A DNA stretch of 64,000 nt, taken from positions 1-64,000 of the forward strand of contig JAAPAO010000081.1 in assembly GCA_013115145.1 (NCBI GenBank), written 5' to 3'. Numbering within the stretch: position 1 is the stretch's first letter; each line of letters begins with the position of its first letter. The notes beneath the pieces are model-generated. The model searched no databases and was not told the DNA's origin. It saw only the letters and a program-made list of their open reading frames with translations. Positions 27,272 to 40,285 of this stretch are shown one piece after another. Made by a program: the position numbers and the translations under genes. This DNA comes from Perkinsus chesapeaki ATCC PRA-425 (lineage: Eukaryota > Protista > Perkinsozoa).

Positions 27272-28113
27272 ACCACATATATCACATTTACGTATCGTGC
27301 CCTTCTCTTACCATCATCTCCATTTTAGTGCCATAGTTGTCCGTCGCTGGTGACGGCAACTGTGCAGTTTGTCCTTCGGTGCTGTACGTGATACAATGCA
27401 CAGTTTATCGCGTGCCGCCCTCCCTGGACGCCCGCAGTGATGACGCAACAGCCCGGAGGTAAGTGAGCATCTTGAATGATCTGTGAGTCTAGATTGTATA
27501 AATTGCGGATGTGTATAAACCCCTAGTGATTAAAGCTTAGGGTCGTACCATTGTGCAGATCGTTCAGTTTCTACTTGTGTCCACTGTCCAAACCTGTTTG
27601 CGGTAACTGAATGGTTTGATTGTTGTTGCAGAGTTGTACCCCCTTTCCTACTTGGAGAATACTGTTGGGTTGAAGCACTTCATACTCAGGACTACGTATG
27701 TGCAGCAAGGCTACGCTTCTAGCTTTCTGCATTGCATTGTTTTTCGAATTTGAACTCACAATTGATATGCGCATCACCTTTAGGTAATTAGTAATTACTA
27801 ACTACTTCAATTACTGACCCACTCCTCATTGTGATTGAACAAGGCGGTCGTATATCCGTTATCATCAAGACATAATTATAATCCTTTTCACCATCTTATA
27901 TTTCAGGCAATGGGCATCCTGCTGACTTGCGCTTCACTTCGTAGTTGTCATGCTTCCCATAATATCGGACACTTCATTGGTCATCATCTGTTTGCACTAA
28001 TAACATATTTGCCTATGCTGCGCTCGGTCTACACCATAAAGGCGACACCTTTCTTGCACAGCGTACGCTGTGACTTGAGAATCATTCTTTCAGTGCTTAG
28101 TGCCTTCATATTT

Positions 28114-30778
28114 ATGAAGCCTCGTTGCACGCCAACGTCTTACCAGCTCCCACAGTATCCTCGATACCGCCTGCAGGTTGCGGTCTATACCGGCATCCTC
28201 GTGTGTATCTGCGCTGTTCCTCAATTTGTCCCCGCACTTCAGCAGGCCCTGCAGCAGCACCTTTATGTAAGTCCGTATGCTCATCTATTTTGCCGAATGA
28301 TGGTCTTTCATCTCGTACCTTTCCCGCGGACCCCCCCCCGTATTCTATCTTCCAGATACTGGCAATCATGTTCACCTCCGATACTGCCACACTAAACTCC
28401 CAGACCTTTACCGTTGGCGCTTGGAATATCCTGATAACCATGTATGTCGGATCCTCTGTTGGTTGCATTATTGTTCTTCTTGAGACTGCTATGGGCGGCG
28501 GTGTCTACAACCACTTCTTTGGTGTATTGCTTGCATTCCCTTTTATACTGTTCTCTAGCATGGTCCAAGCAACCTCAAAGTGCAAACTGGCTGAGTTTTA
28601 CAACTACATCAATGGCAATATGATGCTGGCTGCAGTAGTAGCTTTCTCTGATACCGAACCGCTCAAGTATATGTACTCTGCTATGTTCGCAGGCGCTCTA
28701 TCGTTTGCCTTGCTTCTCGTATTAACATGGACCCTCAATCTCGTTGGTTTGCTCCCCTGCGCGGCCCCCGCACCTCTACCTGCGTTCGAGCATGCGGCCG
28801 CCACCAGTTTTCAAACTAATGTTTGGTACATCTTGGAACGCAATCTACACGAGCATGAGCTAGCCGAGCAAAGGAGGCTGCTATCCAATGCCCGCAAAGC
28901 AGCGCTATCCAACGTTACCGATCCTAGCCTGAGGCTCTGTATATACAGGATGATCAGTACGTTATATGGCTTACGGAGAGCTGCTCTATATGAACCCTTG
29001 AGTGAAGTTGCTGTGGTGAATCTTTGGGAGCCGATGCAGATGGAATTGGGAAAATTGGTTAACAGAGTTACCGCAATACTGAAACATGAGGTGGAAGTGG
29101 AAGATATTCCCGATTTGAAGGCTGCTGCACGTGATGCTCTTATTAAGATAAAAATAATTAGCATCGAGTATACTCGGGCAGTTGCTGATCAGAAGTCCGT
29201 TGTGATTTCTGCTAGAGAGATGGCTCGAGTAGAGTTTGCCATGTTAGCCATACCAAGATTTGCTATACTCGTTGATCGTTACTTCAAGCTGAAAGGCAAC
29301 CAGGAGACTCCAAGACCTTCAATCTGGAGCTACGTAATAAGTTTACGAAGTCACTAGTTGCATTTCTCAAGCAGGTACCCATATCCCCTTCAATGAGACA
29401 CCCCATTGCTTTCATTAAGCGCCCAACGTGGCCACCGGGAACGTCTTTACGAGATAAGTTAGCATTTCCTTTGAGGCTGGCTATCTCAATCACTATTGTG
29501 TCCGAAGCCGCTCTAGCAATTGGCCAAGTGTATCCTATCCTTCGTACTGAAGGCTATTGGTTCTGCCTCCCCGTGCTAACATGCTTCCTCCCCACTGTTG
29601 GGTGGACTATCGTAAAGGGCTCAAGGCGCTTGCTGGGCGTTCTACTCGGAGGTTCTCTTGCTATGCTGATTGTCTACATCAATTCGATGGACATTCCTGC
29701 TGTGATGGTGGAGCTCTTCCTAGTGGCTTCTGTGGGAAAGTTCTTCGCCCAAGACCCAAGGGTTGGTTACTTTGGCTACCAAACTGTTACAACGTTTTCT
29801 ATTGTTGGCGTCTGCAATGCTCTGGACTCGGAACTGGATGGTGATGCTCGCATAGCTTTGGCCTGGCTACGAATGCTGTTCACAATGACGGGACTGTTCA
29901 CCGCTATCTTCCTATCATTGGTATCGTCCCCGTCATTCTGTGGTCGCCGCCTGGCATTACAAACCAGCAAGGAGCTCGTTTGTATGTCCAATGCAGTTTC
30001 AGCGTTAGTCGAAGGAATAATCTCCAGAGAGCCTGATGGCTTCACATTCCCAGAGCACGGTCTGCCTACAATGGTCGAAATGGGTTTGACTCTTCTCAAT
30101 GAAGACAACGCTCGCTCGGCAGAGAAGCCTTGGTTCCGTGAAGAAGCTGTGTATCTCCAGCTTATCCATGCTAGCTCAACGCGCTGCTCCGTCCCTGCCA
30201 AGTGTCTTTCCGCCGCTCAGGATGATGTTGCGAGGCTCAGCAGAAGTACCGTCGTTGTTGAAGAAGTGTTTCGGAGTTGTTACAGGACGATGAGCCCAGC
30301 AGCCGACAGACTGCTGCTGGATCCTATCAGACCTTTATTAGATGACGTCGCGAGACATCTGCAACGATCGGCTCAAGAATTGGATCGTACACTGCGCAGC
30401 ATCGTGGACCCAGAGTTCGCAGTACGCTGGGCTGAGGAAACCTTGGAGTCAATGCTGTATTTGTATGCTACATTCGATGAGAACAGGACAAAGCTTCTTT
30501 TCAAACGTACCTGGGCAGCCGAAGGTGAAGTAACTGACTCTACCCATATGATCCAAGTTATGAGTAGTGGCGGTGTCGGCCTTCATGAAGCTATCCATGC
30601 TATAAACACATTTATAGAAGATTGGGTTACGGTTGTTAACAAGCTGTTGGGATGTCAACTGAGTATCCCTAACTCTGCGGTGGAAGCTAGCATTTCTTCT
30701 CTTGAGATGTTCGAGACCAAAGCAGTCTCTGACGGCAACGGTATTCCCCGCATCCGAGCTGGCACTTGCGCATACTAA
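28114..30778 (+). CDS. ALMT/FUSC-like protein, array gene 10 (subfamily D); exons 28114-28266, 28356-29333, 29375-30778
   Basis: In-frame splicing; motif YWFCLPVLTCFLPTVGWTIVKGSRRLLG. Confidence 0.85.
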
Positions 30779-31137
30779 ACCGTTCAGTGTGGTGTACTGC
30801 TCAAGTATAATATGTTTTAACGTCTTTGTGTCTTATTTCCTTTTCCGTGCGTCTTCCAAATTGAACAAGGATATCGCATAACGTTAGGATTTGCGTGGGT
30901 AGGTACTTTAGTTCCTTTATAGGAGAATAATAACTTTTGTGTTTCCGGTGGGTAAGACATTCACGGCCTTCGTCATGCTCGCTTAACCACTCGCCCACAT
31001 TATCTAGTTCGTTGCTCAGCTTGGCTCACGCCCTTCTCTGGTGGACGTCCTTGCTTGAGACAGGCTCTTTATCGTGGCACTATATTGTCGATCTTGTGCT
31101 GCTAGTTCTCTCCGATAGGTTCAGTGATATTGTACGT

Positions 31138-33800
31138 ATGGCAACGAAGTCTCGTGCCGCTTCCGTGCCATCCCGCCTGCCGCAGTATCCTCGATACCGA
31201 CTGCAGGTTGCGGCGTATGCCGGCTTTCTAGCGTGTATCTGCGCTGTTCCGCAATTCCTCCCTACACTTCAGCGAACACTGCAGCAGCACCTTTATGTAA
31301 GTCAGTATTCCTGTCATTTCTAGTGGATTTCATAATTTTTTTCCTCTTCATATTTGGTATTTCAGGTAATGGCCATCCTGTTTACTTACGCCGCAGCCAC
31401 GCTCAACTCTAAAACCTTCATGGTTGGTCCCTGGAATCTTCTGATATCTATTTGCACTGGATCCTCTGTTGGTTATGCTATCGTTCTTCTCGAGACTGCT
31501 ATGGGCGGCGGTGTCTACAACCACTTCTTTGGTGTTTTGCTTGCATTCCCTTTTATACTGTTGTCTAGCATGGTCCAAGCAACATCAAAGTGCAAGCTGG
31601 CTGAGTTTTACTCGTATATTCCCGGTAACTTAATGATCGTAGCTGTTGTTGCATTCTCTGCATCCGAGCCGTTAAGGTGTTTGTACTCGGCTATGTTCGC
31701 AGGTGTTTTCATGTTTGTGGTACTCCTCACAATAACAGGGGCACTTAATATCCTTGGTTTGCTCCCACTCGCAGCACCCGAACCTCTGGCTGCCTTTGAG
31801 CATGCAGCTGCTACTGGTTTTCAAATGAGTGTATGCTATGTTCTGGACGGTGATCTACACCAGCGTGAGATGGCGGAGCAGCGCCAACAGCTAGTGATTG
31901 CCCGCCGAGCAGCCTTAACCAGCGCATCCGATGCCAATCTCAGGCTTTGCATATTTAGAATGATTAGTACTTTGTATGGTTTGCGGAGAGCTGCACGATA
32001 TGAGCCCTTCAGTGAGACCGCAGTGATACATTTATGGGAGCCGATGCAGATGGAGTTGGGAAGATTGGTTACCAAAGTTACCGCACTACTGAAGCACGAG
32101 GTGGAAGTGGAAGATATTCCCGATTTAAAGGCTGCTGCACGTGATGCTCTTATTAAGATAAAAAAGATTAGCATCGAGTATACTCGGGCAGTTGCTGATC
32201 AGAAGTCCGTTGTGATTTCTGCTAGAGAGATGGCTCGAGTAGAGTTTGCCATGTTAGCCATACCAAGATTTGCAATACTCGTTGATCGTTACTTCAATCT
32301 AAAAGAGAAGCAGGAAACTCCAAGACCTTCAATCTGGAGCTACGTAAAAACCTTGCAAATGCCACTGTTACTTTCCCATTTCTCAAGCAGGTACCCATAT
32401 CCCCTTCAATGAGACACCCCATTGCTTTCATTAAGCGCCCAATGTGGCCACCGGGAATGTCTTTTCGAGATAAGTTAGCATTTCCTTTAAGGCTGGCTGT
32501 CTCGATCACTATCACGGTTGAAGCCGCCTTGGGAGTTGGCCAAGCGTATCCTATCCTTCGTACAGAGGGCTTTTGGTTCTGCCTGCCAGTGTTAACATGC
32601 TTCCTTCCCACCGTCGGATGGACCATAGGGAAGGGCTCAAGGCGTATGCTTGGTGTTTTGATTGGCGGTGCTCTTGCTATGCTGATTGTTTACGTCAACT
32701 CGATGAATATTCCTGCTGTGATGGTGGAGCTCTTCCTCGTCGCTTCTGTGGGGAAGTTTTTCACCCTAGACCCGAGAATTGGTTATTTGGGATTTCAAAC
32801 TGTTGTCACTTTCACTATTGTTGGCGTCTGTAATGCTCTCGATCCTGCACTGGATGGCGATATTCGCATAACCCTGGCGTGGCTGCGAATGCTATTGACC
32901 GTTTTAGGGTTATGCACCGCTATCTTCCTATCATTGATATCGTACCCGTCATTCTGTGGAAGGCGCCTAGCAGTGCAAACCAGCAAAGAGCTTCTCTGCG
33001 CGTCCGATGCAGTGTCGGCACTGGTGAAAGGAGTGACAGCCAGAGAGCCCGATGGCTCAGTAAGCCCAGAAGAGCGTGGCATGCCTACAATGGTCGACAT
33101 CGGCATGAGTCTGTTGAAGGAAGATAGCGCTCGATTGGCGGAGAGGCCGTGGTTCGATGAAGAGGCTATGTATCTCCAGTTTATTCATGCTAATCCAACG
33201 CGCTGCTCTGTCTCTGCAAAGTGTCTTGCCGCCGCTCAGGGTGATGTGGCGCGGCTCAGCAGAAGTGCCGTTGTCGTTGAACAAGCTTTTTGGAGTTGCG
33301 ACAAGAAGATGAGCCCGGCAACCGATAGGCTTCTTCTGGGCCCCATCAAACCTTTATTAAATGATGTTGTAAAACACCTACAACTATCGGCTCAAGCTTT
33401 GGACGGTACACTGCATGGAGTCGTAGACACAAAGCCTGCAATCTGTTTGGCAGAGGAGACACTAGAACTGATGCTATATTTATATGCTACGTTCGAGGAG
33501 AATAGAGCGAATCTACTTTTTAAGCGCACCTGGGCAGCTGAGGGTGAAGTAACCGAGTCTACTCATATGGTTGAGGTCATGAACAGTGGTGGCGGTGTCG
33601 GTCTCCATGAAGCAATACACGCTATAAATGCGTTCGTGGAGGACTGGGTTACGGTTGTAAACAGTTTATTGGCGTGCCAACTCAGTATCCCTAATTCGGC
33701 AGCTGAAGCGCCTGTCTCATCGTTCGGAAGCATCGATACATGTCCGGGCTCCACTAATAGCGAGTTTACCCGCCTGCGAGCTGGCACTTGCGCATATTAA
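31138..33800 (+). CDS. ALMT/FUSC-like protein, array gene 11 (subfamily D); exons 31138-31296, 31366-32343, 32391-33800
   Basis: In-frame splicing; high DNA identity to genes 10, 12 and 13. Confidence 0.85.
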
Positions 33801-34203
33801 ACTCAGCATGTGTTCTCTATGCATCCTATATTATTAAGCCTTTGTATCCTATTTCCTTTCCCATACGCACTCCTGATTGAACAAGGAAGTCATATAACGT
33901 TGAACTTGATCTGGATAGATTCCTTATTTGCTTATCCTCTGGAGTATAGTCGTTGCGTTCCCGTGCGTGGCAGCGCTTTTGGCCTCTGCGATGAAGGGTC
34001 CTTGTGGTTCTCAGCGAAGACTCAATGAAGATTCTCACTAACAACCTCACCCCCGGGGTGAGTCACCCCCAACGTGCATCCTATCAACTTCGCATTGGTG
34101 GACTTGCGCTTTTTCCCTTCACACCGTTGTTTAAGTGTCGTTGAGCTGCCTTGGCGAACTTGTGCTGCTAGTTCTCTACGATAGCTTCAGTGATATTGTA
34201 CGT

Positions 34204-36923
34204 ATGACAACGAAGTCTCGTGGCGCTTCCGTGCCATACCGCCTCCCGCAGTATCCTCGATACCGACTGCAGGTTGCGGCGTATGCCGGCTTTCTAGCGT
34301 GTATCTGCGCAGTTCCGCAATTCTTGCCTACACTCCAGCGAACACTGCAGCAACATCTTTATGTGAGTAGCAGCGGCCGTCCCTACCGATTTTGTTGCAG
34401 CAGCAATGGATTGGTTGGCTTCGGCTTCGTACGGTTCTCTATGCTCCGGCCTCTGTGGTGATTGTTCAACTTAGCTGTTATTGCATTTCAGGTGATGGCC
34501 ATCATGTATACGTATGGAGGAGCAACGCTTAACTCGAAGGCCTTCAAGGTTGGCCCTTGGCGACTTCTGATAACTTCTTGTCTTGGATCCTCTGTTGGTT
34601 ATGCTATCGTTCTTCTCGAAACTGCTATGGGCGGCGGTGTCTACAACCACTTCTTTGGTGTTTTGCTTGCATTCCCTTTTATACTATTGTCCAGCATGGT
34701 CCAAGCAACATCAAAGTGCAAACTGGCTGAATTCTATTCCTATATCAATGGCAACTTAATGCTCATATCAGTCGTCGCTTTCTCCGGTACCGAGGCTCTC
34801 AAGTGTATGTACTCTGCCATTTTCGCAGGAGTTCTGTCCTTTGTTGTATTGTTCGTTTGCACGGGGACACTCGATCTTCTTGGTTTGCTGCCACTTGCAG
34901 CTCCCGAGCCCCTATCGGCATTCGAACACGCTGCGGCCACCAGTTTCCAATCGAACGTCAGTTACATTCTGGATGGAGACCTGCATCTTCGTGAACTCAC
35001 AGAGCAGCGACAACAATTGGTCAGTGCTCGTAAAGCAGCATTAGCCAGCGTCCCCGATGCTGACCTGCGGCTCTGTATCTTCCGAATGACGAGTACGCTC
35101 TATGGCCTACGGAGAGCTGCACGATTTGAGCCTTTCAGTGAAGCCGCAGTGGTACATTTGTGGGAGCCGATGCAGATGGAGTTGGGAAGATTGGTTACCA
35201 AAGTTACCGCACTACTAAAGCATGAGGTGGAAGTGGAAGATATTCCCGATTTGAAGGCTGCTGCACGTGATGCTCTTATTAAAATAAAAAAGATTAGCAT
35301 CGAGTATACTCGGGCAGTTGCTGATCAGAAGTCCGTTGTGATTTCTGCTAGAGAGATGGCTCGAGTAGAGTTTGCCATGTTAGCCATACCAAGATTTGCA
35401 ATACTCGTTGATCGTTACTTCAAGCTGAAGGGTAGTCGCGGTGCTCCAAAGCCATCCTTCTGGCGCTATGTAATAACCTTGTAAATGTCACTGTTACTTT
35501 CCCATTTCTCGAGTAGGTACCCATATCCCCTTCAATGAGACACCCCATTGCTTTCATTAAGCGCCCAATGTGGCCACCGGGAACGTCTTTACGAGATAAG
35601 TTAGCATTTCCTTTGAGGCTGGCTATCTCGATCACTATTGTGTCCGAAGCCGCTCTAGCAATTGGCCAAGTGTATCCTATTGTTCTCACTGAAGGCTTGT
35701 GGTTTGCACTACCTGTGGTAACATGCTTCCTTCCCACCGTCGGATGGACCATAGGGAAGGGCTCAAGGCGTATGCTTGGTGTTTTGATTGGCGGTGCTCT
35801 TGCTATGCTGATTGTTTACGTCAACTCGATGAATATTCCTGCAGTGATGGTGGAGCTCTTCCTCGTCGCTTCTGTGGGGAAGTTTTTTACCCAAGACCCG
35901 AGAATTGGTTACCTTGGGTTCCAAATTGTCACAACATTCACTGTTGTTGGCGTCTGCAATGCTCTCGATCCCGTACTGGATGCCGATGCTCGCATAACTC
36001 TGGCCTGGCTTCGAATGCTATTAACAGTCACGGGGTTATGCACCGCTATCTTTCTATCATTGATATCGTTTCCGTCCTTCTGCGGTCGCCGTCTGGCGTT
36101 GCAAACCAGCAAAGAGCTTCTCTGCGCATCTAACGCAGTATCAGCGCTAGTCGAGGGAATCATCGCCAGGAAGCCCGACGGCTCGACGGACCCAGAAGAG
36201 CACGGTCTGCCTACTGTGGTCGAAACCGGTTTGAGTCTGTTAAAGGAAGACAGCGCTCGTCTAGCAGAGAAAGCGTGGTTCGCCGAGGAAGCCGTGTATC
36301 TCGCGCTGGTCCGTGGCAGCTCAACGCGCTGCTCCGTCCCTGCCAAGTGTCTTGCTGCCGCTCAAGATGATGTTGCGAGGCTCAGCAGAAGTGCTGTCGT
36401 TGTCGAACAAGTCTTCTGGAGCTGCGACAAGAAGATGAGTCCAGCAACCGATAGACTGCTTCTTGATCCTATTAGACCTTTGTTGGACGATCTTGCAAAA
36501 CATCTGCAACGGTCGGCTCAAGAGTTAGATCGTACAATGCGCAGCATCGTGGACCCAGAGTCCGCAGTACGCTGGGCTGAAGAAACCTTGGAGTCAATGC
36601 TGTATTTGTATGCTACATTTGATGAGAACAGAACAAAGCTTCTTTTCAAACGTACCTGGGCAGCCGAAGGTGAAGTAACTGACTCTACCCATATGATAGA
36701 AGTTATGAGCAGTGGTGGCGGTGTCGGCCTTCATGAAGCTATCCATGCTATAAACGCATTTATAGAAGATTGGGTTACGGTTGTTAACAAGCTTTTCGCG
36801 TGCCAGCTGAGCGTTCCTAACTCCGCTGGTGAAGAAAGTGTTATGTCTTTCGGAAGTCTTGACACCAGTACAGGCTCTAATGACAGTGGTATTCGTAGGA
36901 GAGCTGAAACGTGTTCATACTGA
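34204..36923 (+). CDS. ALMT/FUSC-like protein, array gene 12 (subfamily D); exons 34204-34362, 34492-35469, 35517-36923
   Basis: In-frame splicing; exon 1 is nearly identical to exon 1 of gene 11. Confidence 0.85.
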
Positions 36924-37355
36924 GTCTCCTGGCAGTATTCTGAGATGCCTCTCAGTGGTACGTATTTTCCCTTCGCTTCGCCGTGTGGGCTCCATCACCA
37001 AGCCACACGGTATACTCGCTGTTTAGTTGCTTTATGTGGAAGACCATTCATACACTGTCGAATTCCTTCTTTCCGTATTTACTTGTATTGTGTTTGACCT
37101 TACAGGCCTTTTCTTCGTCCATCTATGTCGACAGCCCTTTAAGCTCGCCTCCGTACTCGCTGAAAAGTCATTTCAGTGGGCCCAGCATGTCGGTTTAAAC
37201 AACCATCGCTAGCACGGTATTGAGACAAATAATGCGTTCTGATACCCTTTCAAATTCCTCTTGCGCAGCGCTCGTACAAAATAGATAGGATGTACCAGAT
37301 TGTTTCCCTTGTCTTCCTCCAGCGTATTTTCCTGCTGCTCAGTTCGCATATATGT

Positions 37356-39997
37356 ATGTCCAGAAAGCCTGAGAGCTTCTCTGCGGCTTGCCGTCTCCCT
37401 CAGTATTCTCAATACCGAGTCAAGCTGGCGGTGTATGCCGGATTTGTTGCATGTATTTGTGCAGTTCCGCAATTTCTACCAACCCTTCAGAAGCTCTTAC
37501 TACAGCATCTTTACGTAAGACTCTCATCAAAGGCGTTCATTACTAACCTTTATGATTTCCTTTCAGGTGGTTGGGCTCTTATATGGGGTCATAGCAGCCT
37601 CGCTCGATGCGAAGACTTTCATGAATATGCCATGGCGTCTCTTGCTGGGCGTCAGCACTGGTGCATCCGTCGGCTATGCCATTGTCCTCCTCGAAACAGC
37701 TATGGGCGGTGGAACATATAACCATTTCCTCGGTGTTCTCATAGCATTCCCCTTTCTTCTATTGTCTAGCTTGGCCCAAGCGACATCTAGAAACAAATTT
37801 TCTCAGCTGTTTTCCTATATAAGTTGCAATTTGATGATGGTCTCTGTGGTAGCCTTCTCTGCAACAGAGCCTCGGAAGGGACTGTTTTCTGCTATATTTG
37901 CAGGGAGCATCTCGTTCGTAGTTCCCTTGACGCTGGCGGGGACTCTCAACATATTGGGCTTACTCCCACGTACAGCCCCCGAGCCGCTGCCAACATTTGA
38001 GAACTCTGCTGCAGAGTATTTCAAATCCAACGCGTGCTATATTCTGGACGGTGAAATGCATCAGCGAGAACTCGATGAGCAACGAAAGCAGCTTATCAGC
38101 TCACGGAAAGCGGCCCTCGCCAATGTTACTGACGGTGATATGCGGCTCTGTATCTTCCGAATGACGAGTACTCTTTATGGTCTACGGAGAGCTGCACGAT
38201 ATGAGCCTTTCAGTGAAGCCGCAGTGGTACATTTATGGGAGCCGATGCAGATGGAGTTGGGAAGATTGGTTACCAAAGTTACCGCACTACTGAAGCATGA
38301 GGTGGAAGTGGAAGACATTCCCGATTTAAAGGAAGCTGCACGTGATGCTCTCATTAAGATAAAAAAGATAAGCATCGACTATACTCGGGCAGTTGCTGAT
38401 CAGAAGTCCGTTGTGATTTCTGCTAGAGAGATGGCTCGAGTAGAGTTTGCCATGTTAGCCATACCAAGATTTGCTATACTCGTTGATCGTTACTTCAATC
38501 TAAAAGAGAAGCATAAAACACCCAAACCTTCCATTTGGCAATATGTAGCAATTCGTAGTGGAGTGTACTTCTTTCCAACTCCTCTCTCAGGTTCCCCTCT
38601 CTCCGCCTCTACGGCATCCAATAGACTTCATTAAAAAGCCGGTCTGGCCGGCTGGCACGTCCCTGCACGACAAACTAGTGTTCCCTTTACGACTAGCCAT
38701 ATCTGTAGCTGTCGTTGCGGAAGCTACCCTAGCTGTCGGCGAAGTTTATCCTATACTCCTCACTGAGGGTTTATGGGTCTGCTTACCGGTTCTCACTTGC
38801 CTTCTGCCTACTGTCGGGTGGACCATAGGAAAAGGTCTCAGGCGTATGCTTGGCGTGTTGCTGGGCGGCTCCCTTGCTATACTTATCGTCTATATAAACC
38901 CATTAAATATCCCAGCCGTTGAAGTGGAGCTCTTTGTGGTCGCCTCCATGGGAAAGTTCTTCACTCAAGATCCCAGAATTGGGTATCTAGGCTTTCAAAC
39001 GATGGCATCGTTCAGTGTGGTGGGCGTATCTAATGCTCTCGATCCTACACTCGATGGTGAAGCTCGACTGCATCTAGCGTTGCTACGAATGCTGTTCACT
39101 CTTGTTGGTCTTTGTATAGCTATATTTCTCTCCTTGCTCACTTTCCCTTCGTTTTGTGGCCGGCGGTTAGCCATCCAAACGAGTGAGGAACTCCTCTGTG
39201 CTTCTGGCGCCGTTTCGGCGTTAGTGAGGGGGATGGTAGCTAGGAGTCCAGATGGTTCGAAAAGCCCTGAAGACCGAGATCTGCCTACCGTAGTCGAAAC
39301 TGGTATGAGCCTCTTGAAGGAAGACAATGCCCGGCTTGCAGAACAACCGTGGTTCAAAGAGGAGGCTGTATACCTCGGGTTGGTGCACGCTTCCTGCACA
39401 CGGTGCGCTGTAGATGCCAAGTGCTTGGGTTGTGCGCAGGATGACATCACCAGGCTGAGCAGAAGTGCCGTGGTTGTGAGTCAAGTCTTTTGGAGCTGCG
39501 ACAAGAGGATGAGCTCCTCCACTGACCGTTTGCTGCTTGATCCGATTCGTCCATTGCTCTCAGATCTTGCAGGACAGCTCGATCAATCAGCCTTGGCCCT
39601 CGACCGCGCTTTGAGGAGCAAAGGCGGAATTAAGGAGGCTGTTAACGCTGCAGCCGACACACTAGAATCAATGCTATATTTGTATGCTACATTCGATGAG
39701 AACAGAACAAAGCTTCTCTTTTCACGTACCTGGGCAGCCGAAGGTGAAGTAACTGACTCTACCCATATGATAGAAGTTATGAGCAGTGGTGGCGGTGTCG
39801 GCCTTCATGAAGCTATCCATGCTATAAACGCGTTCATAGAAGATTGGGTTACGGTTGTTAATGCACTTCTTGGATGTCAACTTAGTTTGCCCCACGCTCC
39901 TATCGAAGAGAGTGCTACATCGCTTGCAAGTTTAGACACTACCACTGGCTCTGACGACGGGAGTGTCCGAAGACGTGCTGAAACTTGCGCTTACTGA
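37356..39997 (+). CDS. ALMT/FUSC-like protein, array gene 13 (subfamily D); exons 37356-37514, 37567-38544, 38591-39997
   Basis: In-frame splicing; exon 2 is 978 nt, as in genes 10-12 and 14. Confidence 0.85.
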
Positions 39998-40285
39998 ATT
40001 GTCCATTACGTAACTGTATGTTTGCGTCCCGTCACATCCTTTGATACAAAGGTTTTATCACACTTCTGCTCTGCTTGGTCTTCCCTTTGGTTGTAATACT
40101 TCTGATTATACTAGGGTTTATTTGCTCTTGCGTCGCTTGTCTCCACCGTGGAGTTGTCTCTGTTTGGTTCGCTCTGCGCCACGTAAGCTAACAACTCTGT
40201 GACCAAAAATGGTTTCCTGGCTTCTTGCTTCAGAATGTGAGCTTGCTTTTTCTCGTCTGCAGATTTCTACGTTGTTTTTTGAATA

